NCBI RefSeq assembly: GCF_009914755.1
Contig: NC_060925.1
DNA length: 64,000 nt
Strand: one strand, 5' to 3'
Source: the human T2T-CHM13v2.0 reference genome, Homo sapiens
Shown in pieces: positions 13,301 through 28,300 of this stretch. The notes under the pieces were generated by a model. That model worked only from the letters and a program-made list of their open reading frames with translations, made no database searches and had not been told where the DNA came from. Position 1 is the first letter of the stretch, and the number at the start of each line of letters is the position of its first letter. Both the position numbers and the translations under genes were made by a program.

Positions 13301-16300
13301 ATCATCATCAAATGGAATCGAATGGAATCATCATCAAATGGAATCTAATGGAATCATTGAACAGAATTGAATGGAATGGTCATCGAATGAATTGAATGCA
13401 ATCATCGAATGGTCTCGAATGGAATCATCTTCTAATGGAAAGGAATGGAATCATCGCATAGAATCGAATGGAATTATCATCGAATGGAATCGAATGGTAT
13501 CAACACCAAACGGAAAAAAACGGAATTATCGAATGGAATCGAAGAGAATCTTCGAACGGACCCGAATGGAATCATCTAATGGAATGGAATGGAACAATCC
13601 ATGGACTCGAATGCAATCATCATCGAATGGAATCGAATGGAATCATCGAATGGACTCGAATGGAATAATCATTGAACGGAATCGAATGGAATCATCATCG
13701 GATGGAAACGAATGGAATCATCATCGAATGGAAATGAAAGGAGTCATCATCTAATGGAATTGCATGGAATCATCATAAAATGGAATCGAATGGAATCAAC
13801 ATCAAATGGAATCAAATGGAATCATTGAACGGAATTGAATGGAATCGTCATCGAATGAATAGACTGCAATCATCGAATGGTCTCGGAATCATCTTCAAAT
13901 GGAATGGAATGGAATCATCGCATAGAATCGAATGGAATTATCATCGAATGGAATCGAATGGAATCAACATCAAACGGAAAAAAACGGAATTATCGAATGG
14001 AATCGAAGAGAATCATCGAATGGACCCGAATGGAATCATCTAATGGAATGGAATGGAATAATCCATGGACTCGAATGCAATCATCATCGAATGGAATCGA
14101 ATGGAATCATCGAATGGACTCGAATGGAATAATCATTGAACGGAATCAAATGGAATCATCATCGGATGGAAATGAATGGAATCATCATCGAATGGAATCG
14201 AATAGAATTATGGAATGAAATCCAGTGTGATCATCATCGAATGGACCCGAATGGAATCATCATCCAACGGAAGCTAATGGAATCAACATCGAATGAATCG
14301 AATGGAAACACCATCGAATTGAAACGAATGGAATTATCATGAAATTGAAATGGATGGACTCAGCATCGAATGGATTCGAATGGAATCATCGAATAAAATT
14401 GATTGAAATCATCACCGAATGGAATCGAATGGTATCATTGAATGGAATCGAATGGAATCATCATCAGATGGAAATGAATGGAATCGTCATAGAATGGAAT
14501 CGAATGGATTCATTGAATGGAATCAGATGGAATCATCGAATGGACTGGAATGGAATCATTGAATGGACTCGAAAGGGATCATGATTGAATGGAATTGAAT
14601 GGAATCATCGAATGGTCTCGATTGGAATCATTATCAAATGGAATCGAATGGAATCACCGAATAGAATCGAATGGAACAATCATCGAATGGACTCAAATGG
14701 AATTATCCTCAAATGGAATCGAATGGAATTATCGAATGCAATCGAATGGAATTATCGAATGCAATCGAATAGAATCATCGAATGGACTCGAATGGAATCA
14801 TCGAATGGAATGGAATGGAACAGTCAATGAACACGAATGGAATCATCATTGAATGGAATCGAATGGAATCATCGAGTGGAATCGAATGGAATTATGATCA
14901 AATGGAATCGAATGTAATCATCATCAAATGGAATCAAAAATAACCATCATCAATTGGTATTGAATGGAATTGTCATCAAATGGAATTCAAAGGAATCATC
15001 ATCAAATGGAACCGAATGGAATCCTCATTGAATGGAAATGAAAGGGGTCATCATCTAATGGAATCGCATGGAATCATCATCAAATGGAATCGAATGGAAT
15101 CATCATCAAATGGAATCTAATGGAATCATTGAACAGAATTGAATGGAATGGTCATTGAATGAATTGAATGCAATCATCGAATGGTCTCGAATGGAATCAT
15201 CTTCTAATGGAAAGGAATGGAATCATCGCATAGAATCGAATGGAATTATCATCGAATGGAATCGAATGGTATCAACACCAAACGGAAAAAAACGGAATTA
15301 TCGAATGGAATCGAAGAGAATCTTCGAACGGACCCGAATGGAATCATCTAATGGAATAGAATGGAATAATCCATGGACTCGAATGCAATCATCATCGAAT
15401 GGAATCGAATGGAATCATCGAATGGACTCGAATGGAATAATCATTGAACAGAATCGAATGGAATCATCATCAGATGGAAACGAATGGAATCATCATCGAA
15501 TGGAAATGAAAGGAGTCATCATCTAATGGAATTGCATGGAATCATCATAAAATGGAATCGAATGGAATCAACATCAAATGGAATCAAATGGAATCATTGA
15601 ACGGAATTGAATGGAATCGTCATCGAATGAATTGACTGCAATCATCGAATGGTCTCGGAATCATCTTCAAATGGAATGGAATGGAATCATCGCATAGAAT
15701 CGAATGGAATTATCATCGAATGGAATCGAATGGAATCAACATCAAACGGAAAAAAACGGAATTATCGAATGGAATCGAAGAGAATCATCGAATGGACCCG
15801 AATGGAATCATCTAATGGAATGGAATGGAATAATCCATGGACTCGAATGCAATCATCATCGAATGGAATCGAATGGAATCATCGAATGAACTCGAATGGA
15901 ATCATCATTGAATGGAATCGAATGGAATCATCGAGTGGAATCGAATGGAATTATGATCAAATGGAATCGAATGTAATCATCATCAAATGGAATCAAAAAT
16001 AACCATCATCAATTGGTATTGAATGGAATTGTCATCAAATGGAATTCAAAGGAATCATCATCAAATGGAACCGAATGGAATCCTCATTGAATGGAAATGA
16101 AAGGGGTCATCATCTAATGGAATCGCATGGAATCATCATCAAATGGAATCGAATGGAATCATCATCAAATGGAATCTAATGGAATCATTGAACAGAATTG
16201 AATGGAATCGTCATCGAATGAATTGAATGCAATCATCGAATGGTCTCGAATGGAATCATCTTCTAATGGAAAGGAATGGAATCATCGCATAGAATCGAAT

Positions 16301-19300
16301 GGAATTATCATCGAATGGAATCGAATGGTATCAACACCAAACGGAAAAAAACGGAATTATCGAATGGAATCGAAGAGAATCTTCGAACGGACCCGAATGG
16401 AATCATCTAATGGAATGGAATGGAATAATCCATGGACTCGAATGCAATCATCATCGAATGGAATGGAATGGAATCATCGAATGGACTCGAATGGAATAAT
16501 CATTGAACGGAATCGAATGGAATCATCATCGGATGGAAACGAATGGAATCATCATCGAATGGAAATGAAAGGAGTCATCATCTAATGGAATTGCATGGAA
16601 TCATCATAAAATGGAATCGAATGGAATCAACATCAAATGGAATCAAATGGAATCATTGAACGGAATTGAATGGAATCGTCATCGAATGAATTGACTGCAA
16701 TCATCGAATGGTCTCGAATGGAATCAACTTCAAATGGAATGGAATGGAATCATCGAATAGAATCGAATGGAATTATCATCGAATGGAATCAACATCAAAC
16801 GGAAAAAAACGGAATTATCGAATGGAATCGAAGAGAATCATCGAAGGGACCCGAACGGAATCATCTAATGGAATGGAATGGAATAATCCATGGACTTGAA
16901 TGCAATCATCATCGAATGGAATCGAATGGAATCATCGAATGGACTCGAATGGAATAATCATTGAACGGAAACGAATGGAATCATCATCGGATGGAAATGA
17001 ATGGAATCATCATCGAATGGAATCGAATAGAATTATGGAATGAAATCCAGTGTGATCATCATCGAATGGACCCGAATGGAATCATCATCCAACGGAAGCT
17101 AATGGAATCAACATCGAATGAATCGAATGGAAACACCATCGAATTGAAACGAATGGAATTATCATGAAATTGAAATGGATGGACTCACCATCGAATGGAT
17201 TCGAATGGAATCATCGAATAAAATTGATTGAAATCATCATCGAATGGAATCGAATGGTATCATTGATTGGAATCGAATGGAATCATCATCAGATGGAAAT
17301 GAATGGAATCGTCATAGAATGTAATCGAATGGATTCATTGAATGGAATCAGATGGAATCATCGAATGGACTGGAATGGAATCATTGAATGGACTCGAAAG
17401 GGATCATGATTGAATGGAATTGAATGGAATCATCGAATGGTCTCGATTGGAATCATTATCAAATGGAATCGAATGGAATCACCGAATAGAATCGAATGGA
17501 ACAATCATCGAATGGACTCAAATGGAATTATCCTCAAATGGAATCGAATGGAATTATCGAATGCAATCGAATGGAATTATCGAATGCAATCGAATAGAAT
17601 CATCGAATGGACTCGAATGGAATCATCGAATGGAATGGAATGGAACAGTCAATGAACTCGAATGGAATCATCATTGAATGGAATCGAATGGAATCATCGA
17701 GTGGAATCGAATGGAATTATGATCAAATGGAATCGAATGTAATCATCATCAAATGGAATCAAAAATAACCATCATCAATTGGTATTGAATGGAATTGTCA
17801 TCAAATGGAATTCAAAGGAATCATCATCAAATGGAACCGAATGGAATCCTCATTGAATGGAAATGAAAGGGGTCATCATCTAATGGAATCGCATGGAATC
17901 ATCATCAAATGGAATCGAATGGAATCATCATCAAATGGAATCTAATGGAATCATTGAACAGAATTGAATGGAATGGTCATCGAATGAATTGAATGCAATC
18001 ATCGAATGGTCTCGAATGGAATCATCTTCTAATGGAAAGGAATGGAATCACCGCATAGAATCGAATGGAATTATCATCGAATGGAATCGAATGGTATCAA
18101 CACCAAACGGAAAAAAACGGAATTATCGAATGGAATCGAAGAGAATCTTCGAACGGACCCGAATGGAATCATCTAATGGAATGGAATGGAACAATCCATG
18201 GACTCGAATGCAATCATCATCGAATGGAATCGAATGGAATCATCGAATGGACTCGAATGGAATAATCATTGAACGGAATCGAATGGAATCATCATCGGAT
18301 GGAAACGAATGGAATCATCATCGAATGGAAATGAAAGGAGTCATCATCTAATGGAATTGCATGGAATCATCATAAAATGGAATCGAATGGAATCAACATC
18401 AAATGGAATCAAATGGAATCATTGAACGGAATTGAATGGAATCGTCATCGAATGAATAGACTGCAATCATCGAATGGTCTCGGAATCATCTTCAAATGGA
18501 ATGGAATGGAATCATCGCATAGAATCGAATGGAATTATCATCGAATGGAATCGAATGGAATCAACATCAAACGGAAAAAAACGGAATTATCGAATGGAAT
18601 CGAAGAGAATCATCGAATGGACCCGAATGGAATCATCTAATGGAATGGAATGGAATAATCCATGGACTCGAATGCAATCATCATCGAATGGAATCGAATG
18701 GAATCATCGAATGGACTCGAATGGAATAATCATTGAACGGAATCGAATGGAATCATCATCGGATGGAAATGAATGGAATCATCATCGAATGGAATCGAAT
18801 AGAATTATGGAATGAAATCCAGTGTGATCATCATCGAATGGACCCGAATGGAATCATCATCCAACGGAAGCTAATGGAATCAACATCGAATGAATCGAAT
18901 GGAAACACCATCGAATTGAAACGAATGGAATTATCATGAAATTGAAATGGATGGACTCATCATCGAATGGATTCGAATGGAATCATCGAATAAAATTGAT
19001 TGAAATCATCACCGAATGGAATCGAATGGTATCATTGAATGGAATCGAATGGAATCATCATCAGATGGAAATGAATGGAATCGTCATAGAATGGAATCGA
19101 ATGGATTCATTGAATGGAATCAGATGGAATCATCGAATGGACTGGAATGGAATCATTGAATGGACTCGAAAGGGATCATGATTGAATGGAATTGAATGGA
19201 ATCATCGAATGGTCTCGATTGGAATCATTATCAAATGGAATCGAATGGAATCACCGAATAGAATCGAATGGAACAATCATCGAATGGACTCAAATGGAAT

Positions 19301-22300
19301 TATCCTCAAATGGAATCGAATGGAATTATCGAATGCAATCGAATGGAATTATCGAATGCAATCGAATAGAATCATCGAATGGACTCGAATGGAATCATCG
19401 AATGGAATGGAATGGAACAGTCAATGAACACGAATGGAATCATCATTGAATGGAATCGAATGGAATCATCGAGTGGAATCGAATGGAATTATGATCAAAT
19501 GGAATCGAATGTAATCATCATCAAATGGAATCAAAAATAACCATCATCAATTGGTATTGAATGGAATTGTCATCAAATGGAATTCAAAGGAATCATCATC
19601 AAATGGAACCGAATGGAATCCTCATTGAATGGAAATGAAAGGGGTCATCATCTAATGGAATCGCATGGAATCATCATCAAATGGAATCGAATGGAATCAT
19701 CATCAAATGGAATCTAATGGAATCATTGAACAGAATTGAATGGAATGGTCATTGAATGAATTGAATGCAATCATCGAATGGTCTCGAATGGAATCATCTT
19801 CTAATGGAAAGGAATGGAATCATCGCATAGAATCGAATGGAATTATCATCGAATGGAATCGAATGGTATCAACACCAAACGGAAAAAAACGGAATTATCG
19901 AATGGAATCGAAGAGAGTCTTCGAACGGACCCGAATGGAATCATCTAATGGAATAGAATGGAATAATCCATGGACTCGAATGCAATCATCATCGAATGGA
20001 ATCGAATGGAATCATCGAATGGACTCGAATGGAATAATCATTGAACAGAATCGAATGGAATCATCATCAGATGGAAACGAATGGAATCATCATCGAATGG
20101 AAATGAAAGGAGTCATCATCTAATGGAATTGCATGGAATCATCATAAAATGGAATCGAATGGAATCAACATCAAATGGAATCAAATGGAATCATTGAACG
20201 GAATTGAATGGAATCGTCATCGAATGAATTGACTGCAATCATCGAATGGTCTCGGAATCATCTTCAAATGGAATGGAATGGAATCATCGCATAGAATCGA
20301 ATGGAATTATCATCGAATGGAATCGAATGGAATCAACATCAAACGGAAAAAAACGGAATTATCGAATGGAATCGAAGAGAATCATCGAATGGACCCGAAT
20401 GGAATCATCTAATGGAATGGAATGGAATAATCCATGGACTCGAATGCAATCATCATCGAATGGAATCGAATGGAATCATCGAATGAACTCGAATGGAATC
20501 ATCATTGAATGGAATCGAATGGAATCATCGAGTGGAATCGAATGGAATTATGATCAAATGGAATCGAATGTAATCATCATCAAATGGAATCAAAAATAAC
20601 CATCATCAATTGGTATTGAATGGAATTGTCATCAAATGGAATTCAAAGGAATCATCATCAAATGGAACCGAATGGAATCCTCATTGAATGGAAATGAAAG
20701 GGGTCATCATCTAATGGAATCGCATGGAATCATCATCAAATGGAATCGAATGGAATCATCATCAAATGGAATCTAATGGAATCATTGAACAGAATTGAAT
20801 GGAATCGTCATCGAATGAATTGAATGCAATCATCGAATGGTCTCGAATGGAATCATCTTCTAATGGAAAGGAATGGAATCATCGCATAGAATCGAATGGA
20901 ATTATCATCGAATGGAATCGAATGGTATCAACACCAAACGGAAAAAAACGGAATTATCGAATGGAATCGAAGAGAATCTTCGAACGGACCCGAATGGAAT
21001 CATCTAATGGAATGGAATGGAATAATCCATGGACTCGAATGCAATCATCATCGAATGGAATGGAATGGAATCATCGAATGGACTCGAATGGAATAATCAT
21101 TGAACGGAATCGAATGGAATCATCATCGGATGGAAACGAATGGAATCATCATCGAATGGAAATGAAAGGAGTCATCATCTAATGGAATTGCATGGAATCA
21201 TCATAAAATGGAATCGAATGGAATCAACATCAAATGGAATCAAATGGAATCATTGAACGGAATTGAATGGAATCGTCATCGAATGAATTGACTGCAATCA
21301 TCGAATGGTCTCGAATGGAATCAACTTCAAATGGAATGGAATGGAATCATCGAATAGAATCGAATGGAATTATCATCGAATGGAATCAACATCAAACGGA
21401 AAAAAACGGAATTATCGAATGGAATCGAAGAGAATCATCGAAGGGACCCGAACGGAATCATCTAATGGAATGGAATGGAATAATCCATGGACTCGAATGC
21501 AATCATCATCGAATGGAATCGAATGGAATCATCGAATGGACTCGAATGGAATAATCATTGAACGGAAACGAATGGAATCATCATCGGATGGAAATGAATG
21601 GAATCATCATCGAATGGAATCGAATAGAATTATGGAATGAAATCCAGTGTGATCATCATCGAATGGACCCGAATGGAATCATCATCCAACGGAAGCTAAT
21701 GGAATCAACATCGAATGAATCGAATGGAAACACCATCGAATTGAAACGAATGGAATTATCATGAAATTGAAATGGATGGACTCATCATCGAATGGATTCG
21801 AATGGAATCATCGAATAAAATTGATTGAAATCATCATCGAATGGAATCGAATGGTATCATTGATTGGAATCGAATGGAATCATCATCAGATGGAAATGAA
21901 TGGAATCGTCATAGAATGTAATCGAATGGATTCATTGAATGGAATCAGATGGAATCATCGAATGGACTGGAATGGAATCATTGAATGGACTCGAAAGGGA
22001 TCATGATTGAATGGAATTGAATGGAATCATCGAATGGTCTCGATTGGAATCATTATCAAATGGAATCGAATGGAATCACCGAATAGAATCGAATGGAACA
22101 ATCATCGAATGGACTCAAATGGAATTATCCTCCAATGGAATCGAATGGAATTATCGAATGCAATCGAATGGAATTATCGAATGCAATCGAATAGAATCAT
22201 CGAATGGACTCGAATGGAATCATCGAATGGAATGGAATGGAACAGTCAATGAACTCGAATGGAATCATCATTGAATGGAATCGAATGGAATCATCGAGTG

Positions 22301-25300
22301 GAATCGAATGGAATTATGATCAAATGGAATCGAATGTAATCATCATGAAATGGAATCAAAAATAACCATCATCAATTGGTATTGAATGGAATTGTCATCA
22401 AATGGAATTCAAAGGAATCATCATCAAATGGAACCGAATGGAATCCTCATTGAATGGAAATGAAAGGGGTCATCATCTAATGGAATCGCATGGAATCATC
22501 ATCAAATGGAATCGAATGGAATCATCATCAAATGGAATCTAATGGAATCATTGAACAGAATTGAATGGAATGGTCATCGAATGAATTGAATGCAATCATC
22601 GAATGGTCTCGAATGGAATCATCTTCTAATGGAAAGGAATGGAATCATCGCATAGAATCGAATGGAATTATCATCGAATGGAATCGAATGGTATCAACAC
22701 CAAACGGAAAAAAACGGAATTATCGAATGGAATCGAAGAGAATCTTCGAACGGACCCGAATGGAATCATCTAATGGAATGGAATGGAACAATCCATGGAC
22801 TCGAATGCAATCATCATCGAATGGAATCGAATGGAATCATCGAATGGACTCGAATGGAATAATCATTGAACGGAATCGAATGGAATCATCATCGGATGGA
22901 AACGAATGGAATCATCATCGAATGGAAATGAAAGGAGTCATCATCTAATGGAATTGCATGGAATCATCATAAAATGGAATCGAATGGAATCAACATCAAA
23001 TGGAATCAAATGGAATCATTGAACGGAATTGAATGGAATCGTCATCGAATGAATTGACTGCAATCATCGAATGGTCTCGGAATCATCTTCAAATGGAATG
23101 GAATGGAATCATCGCATAGAATCGAATGGAATTATCATCGAATGGAATCGAATGGAATCAACATCCAACGGAAAAAAACGGAATTATCGAATGGAATCGA
23201 AGAGAATCATCGAATGGACCCGAATGGAATCATCTAATGGAATGGAATGGAATAATCCATGGACTCGAATGCAATCATCATCGAATGGAATCGAATGGAA
23301 TCATCGAATGGACTCGAATGGAATAATCATTGAACGGAATCGAATGGAATCATCATCGGATGGAAATGAATGGAATCATCATCGAATGGAATCGAATAGA
23401 ATTATGGAATGAAATCCAGTGTGATCATCATCGAATGGACCCGAATGGAATCATCATCCAACGGAAGCTAATGGAATCAACATCGAATGAATCGAATGGA
23501 AACACCATCGAATTGAAACGAATGGAATTATCATGAAATTGAAATGGATGGACTCATCATCGAATGGATTCGAATGGAATCATCGAATAAAATTGATTGA
23601 AATCATCACCGAATGGAATCGAATGGTATCATTGAATGGAATCGAATGGAATCATCATCAGATGGAAATGAATGGAATCGTCATAGAATGGAATCGAATG
23701 GATTCATTGAATGGAATCAGATGGAATCATCGAATGGACTGGAATGGAATCATTGAATGGACTCGAAAGGGATCATGATTGAATGGAATTGAATGGAATC
23801 ATCGAATGGTCTCGATTGGAATCATTATCAAATGGAATCGAATGGAATCACCGAATAGAATCGAATGGAACAATCATCGAATGGACTCAAATGGAATTAT
23901 CCTCAAATGGAATCGAATGGAATTATCGAATGCAATCGAATGGAATTATCGAATGCAATCGAATAGAATCATCGAATGGACTCGAATGGAATCATCGAAT
24001 GGAATGGAATGGAACAGTCAATGAACACGAATGGAATCATCATTGAATGGAATCGAATGGAATCATCGAGTGGAATCGAATGGAATTATGATCAAATGGA
24101 ATCGAATGTAATCATCATCAAATGGAATCAAAAATAACCATCATCAATTGGTATTGAATGGAATTGTCATCAAATGGAATTCAAAGGAATCATCATCAAA
24201 TGGAACCGAATGGAATCCTCATTGAATGGAAATGAAAGGGGTCATCATCTAATGGAATCGCATGGAATCATCATCAAATGGAATCGAATGGAATCATCAT
24301 CAAATGGAATCTAATGGAATCATTGAACAGAATTGAATGGAATGGTCATTGAATGAATTGAATGCAATCATCGAATGGTCTCGAATGGAATCATCTTCTA
24401 ATGGAAAGGAATGGAATCATCGCATAGAATCGAATGGAATTATCATCGAATGGAATCGAATGGTATCAACACCAAACGGAAAAAAACGGAATTATCGAAT
24501 GGAATCGAAGAGAATCTTCGAACGGACCCGAATGGAATCATCTAATGGAATAGAATGGAATAATCCATGGACTCGAATGCAATCATCATCGAATGGAATC
24601 GAATGGAATCATCGAATGGACTCGAATGGAATAATCATTGAACAGAATCGAATGGAATCATCATCAGATGGAAACGAATGGAATCATCATCGAATGGAAA
24701 TGAAAGGAGTCATCATCTAATGGAATTGCATGGAATCATCATAAAATGGAATCGAATGGAATCAACATCAAATGGAATCAAATGGAATCATTGAACGGAA
24801 TTGAATGGAATCGTCATCGAATGAATTGACTGCAATCATCGAATGGTCTCGGAATCATCTTCAAATGGAATGGAATGGAATCATCGCATAGAATCGAATG
24901 GAATTATCATCGAATGGAATCGAATGGAATCAACATCAAACGGAAAAAAACGGAATTATCGAATGGAATCGAAGAGAATCATCGAATGGACCCGAATGGA
25001 ATCATCTAATGGAATGGAATGGAATAATCCATGGACTCGAATGCAATCATCATCGAATGGAATCGAATGGAATCATCGAATGAACTCGAATGGAATCATC
25101 ATTGAATGGAATCGAATGGAATCATCGAGTGGAATCGAAAGGAATTATGATCAAATGGAATCGAATGTAATCATCATCAAATGGAATCAAAAATAACCAT
25201 CATCAATTGGTATTGAATGGAATTGTCATCAAATGGAATTCAAAGGAATCATCATCAAATGGAACCGAATGGAATCCTCATTGAATGGAAATGAAAGGGG

Positions 25301-28300
25301 TCATCATCTAATGGAATCGCATGGAATCATCATCAAATGGAATCGAATGGAATCATCATCAAATGGAATCTAATGGAATCATTGAACAGAATTGAATGGA
25401 ATCGTCATCGAATGAATTGAATGCAATCATCGAATGGTCTCGAATGGAATCATCTTCTAATGGAAAGGAATGGAATCATCGCATAGAATCGAATGGAATT
25501 ATCATCGAATGGAATCGAATGGTATCAACACCAAACGGAAAAAAACGGAATTATCGAATGGAATCGAAGAGAATCTTCGAACGGACCCGAATGGAATCAT
25601 CTAATGGAATGGAATGGAATAATCCATGGACTCGAATGCAATCATCATCGAATGGAATGGAATGGAATCATCGAATGGACTCGAATGGAATAATCATTGA
25701 ACGGAATCGAATGGAATCATCATCGGATGGAAACGAATGGAATCATCATCGAATGGAAATGAAAGGAGTCATCATCTAATGGAATTGCATGGAATCATCA
25801 TAAAATGGAATCGAATGGAATCAACATCAAATGGAATCAAATGGAATCATTGAACGGAATTGAATGGAATCGTCATCGAATGAATTGACTGCAATCATCG
25901 AATGGTCTCGAATGGAATCAACTTCAAATGGAATGGAATGGAATCATCGAATAGAATCGAATGGAATTATCATCGAATGGAATCAACATCAAACGGAAAA
26001 AAACGGAATTATCGAATGGAATCGAAGAGAATCATCGAAGGGACCCGAACGGAATCATCTAATGGAATGGAATGGAATAATCCATGGACTCGAATGCAAT
26101 CATCATCGAATGGAATCGAATGGAATCATCGAATGGACTCGAATGGAATAATCATTGAACGGAAACGAATGGAATCATCATCGGATGGAAATGAATGGAA
26201 TCATCATCGAATGGAATCGAATAGAATTATGGAATGAAATCCAGTGTGATCATCATCGAATGGACCCGAATGGAATCATCATCCAACGGAAGCTAATGGA
26301 ATCAACATCGAATGAATCGAATGGAAACACCATCGAATTGAAACGAATGGAATTATCATGAAATTGAAATGGATGGACTCATCATCGAATGGATTCGAAT
26401 GGAATCATCGAATAAAATTGATTGAAATCATCATCGAATGGAATCGAATGGTATCATTGATTGGAATCGAATGGAATCATCATCAGATGGAAATGAATGG
26501 AATCGTCATAGAATGTAATCGAATGGATTCATTGAATGGAATCAGATGGAATCATCGAATGGACTGGAATGGAATCATTGAATGGACTCGAAAGGGATCA
26601 TGATTGAATGGAATTGAATGGAATCATCGAATGGTCTCGATTGGAATCATTATCAAATGGAATCGAATGGAATCACCGAATAGAATCGAATGGAACAATC
26701 ATCGAATGGACTCAAATGGAATTATCCTCCAATGGAATCGAATGGAATTATCGAATGCAATCGAATGGAATTATCGAATGCAATCGAATAGAATCATCGA
26801 ATGGACTCGAATGGAATCATCGAATGGAATGGAATGGAACAGTCAATGAACTCGAATGGAATCATCATTGAATGGAATCGAATGGAATCATCGAGTGGAA
26901 TCGAATGGAATTATGATCAAATGGAATCGAATGTAATCATCATCAAATGGAATCAAAAATAACCATCATCAATTGGTATTGAATGGAATTGTCATCAAAT
27001 GGAATTCAAAGGAATCATCATCAAATGGAACCGAATGGAATCCTCATTGAATGGAAATGAAAGGGGTCATCATCTAATGGAATCGCATGGAATCATCATC
27101 AAATGGAATCGAATGGAATCATCATCAAATGGAATCTAATGGAATCATTGAACAGAATTGAATGGAATGGTCATCGAATGAATTGAATGCAATCATCGAA
27201 TGGTCTCGAATGGAATCATCTTCTAATGGAAAGGAATGGAATCATCGCATAGAATCGAATGGAATTATCATCGAATGGAATCGAATGGTATCAACACCAA
27301 ACGGAAAAAAACGGAATTATCGAATGGAATCGAAGAGAATCTTCGAACGGACCCGAATGGAATCATCTAATGGAATGGAATGGAACAATCCATGGACTCG
27401 AATGCAATCATCATCGAATGGAATCGAATGGAATCATCGAATGGACTCGAATGGAATAATCATTGAACGGAATCGAATGGAATCATCATCGGATGGAAAC
27501 GAATGGAATCATCATCGAATGGAAATGAAAGGAGTCATCATCTAATGGAATTGCATGGAATCATCATAAAATGGAATCGAATGGAATCAACATCAAATGG
27601 AATCAAATGGAATCATTGAACGGAATTGAATGGAATCGTCATCGAATGAATTGACTGCAATCATCGAATGGTCTCGGAATCATCTTCAAATGGAATGGAA
27701 TGGAATCATCGCATAGAATCGAATGGAATTATCATCGAATGGAATCGAATGGAATCAACATCCAACGGAAAAAAACGGAATTATCGAATGGAATCGAAGA
27801 GAATCATCGAATGGACCCGAATGGAATCATCTAATGGAATGGAATGGAATAATCCATGGACTCGAATGCAATCATCATCGAATGGAATCGAATGGAATCA
27901 TCGAATGGACTCGAATGGAATAATCATTGAACGGAATCGAATGGAATCATCATCGGATGGAAATGAATGGAATCATCATCGAATGGAATCGAATAGAATT
28001 ATGGAATGAAATCCAGTGTGATCATCATCGAATGGACCCGAATGGAATCATCATCCAACGGAAGCTAATGGAATCAACATCGAATGAATCGAATGGAAAC
28101 ACCATCGAATTGAAACGAATGGAATTATCATGAAATTGAAATGGATGGACTCATCATCGAATGGATTCGAATGGAATCATCGAATAAAATTGATTGAAAT
28201 CATCACCGAATGGAATCGAATGGTATCATTGAATGGAATCGAATGGAATCATCATCAGATGGAAATGAATGGAATCGTCATAGAATGGAATCGAATGGAT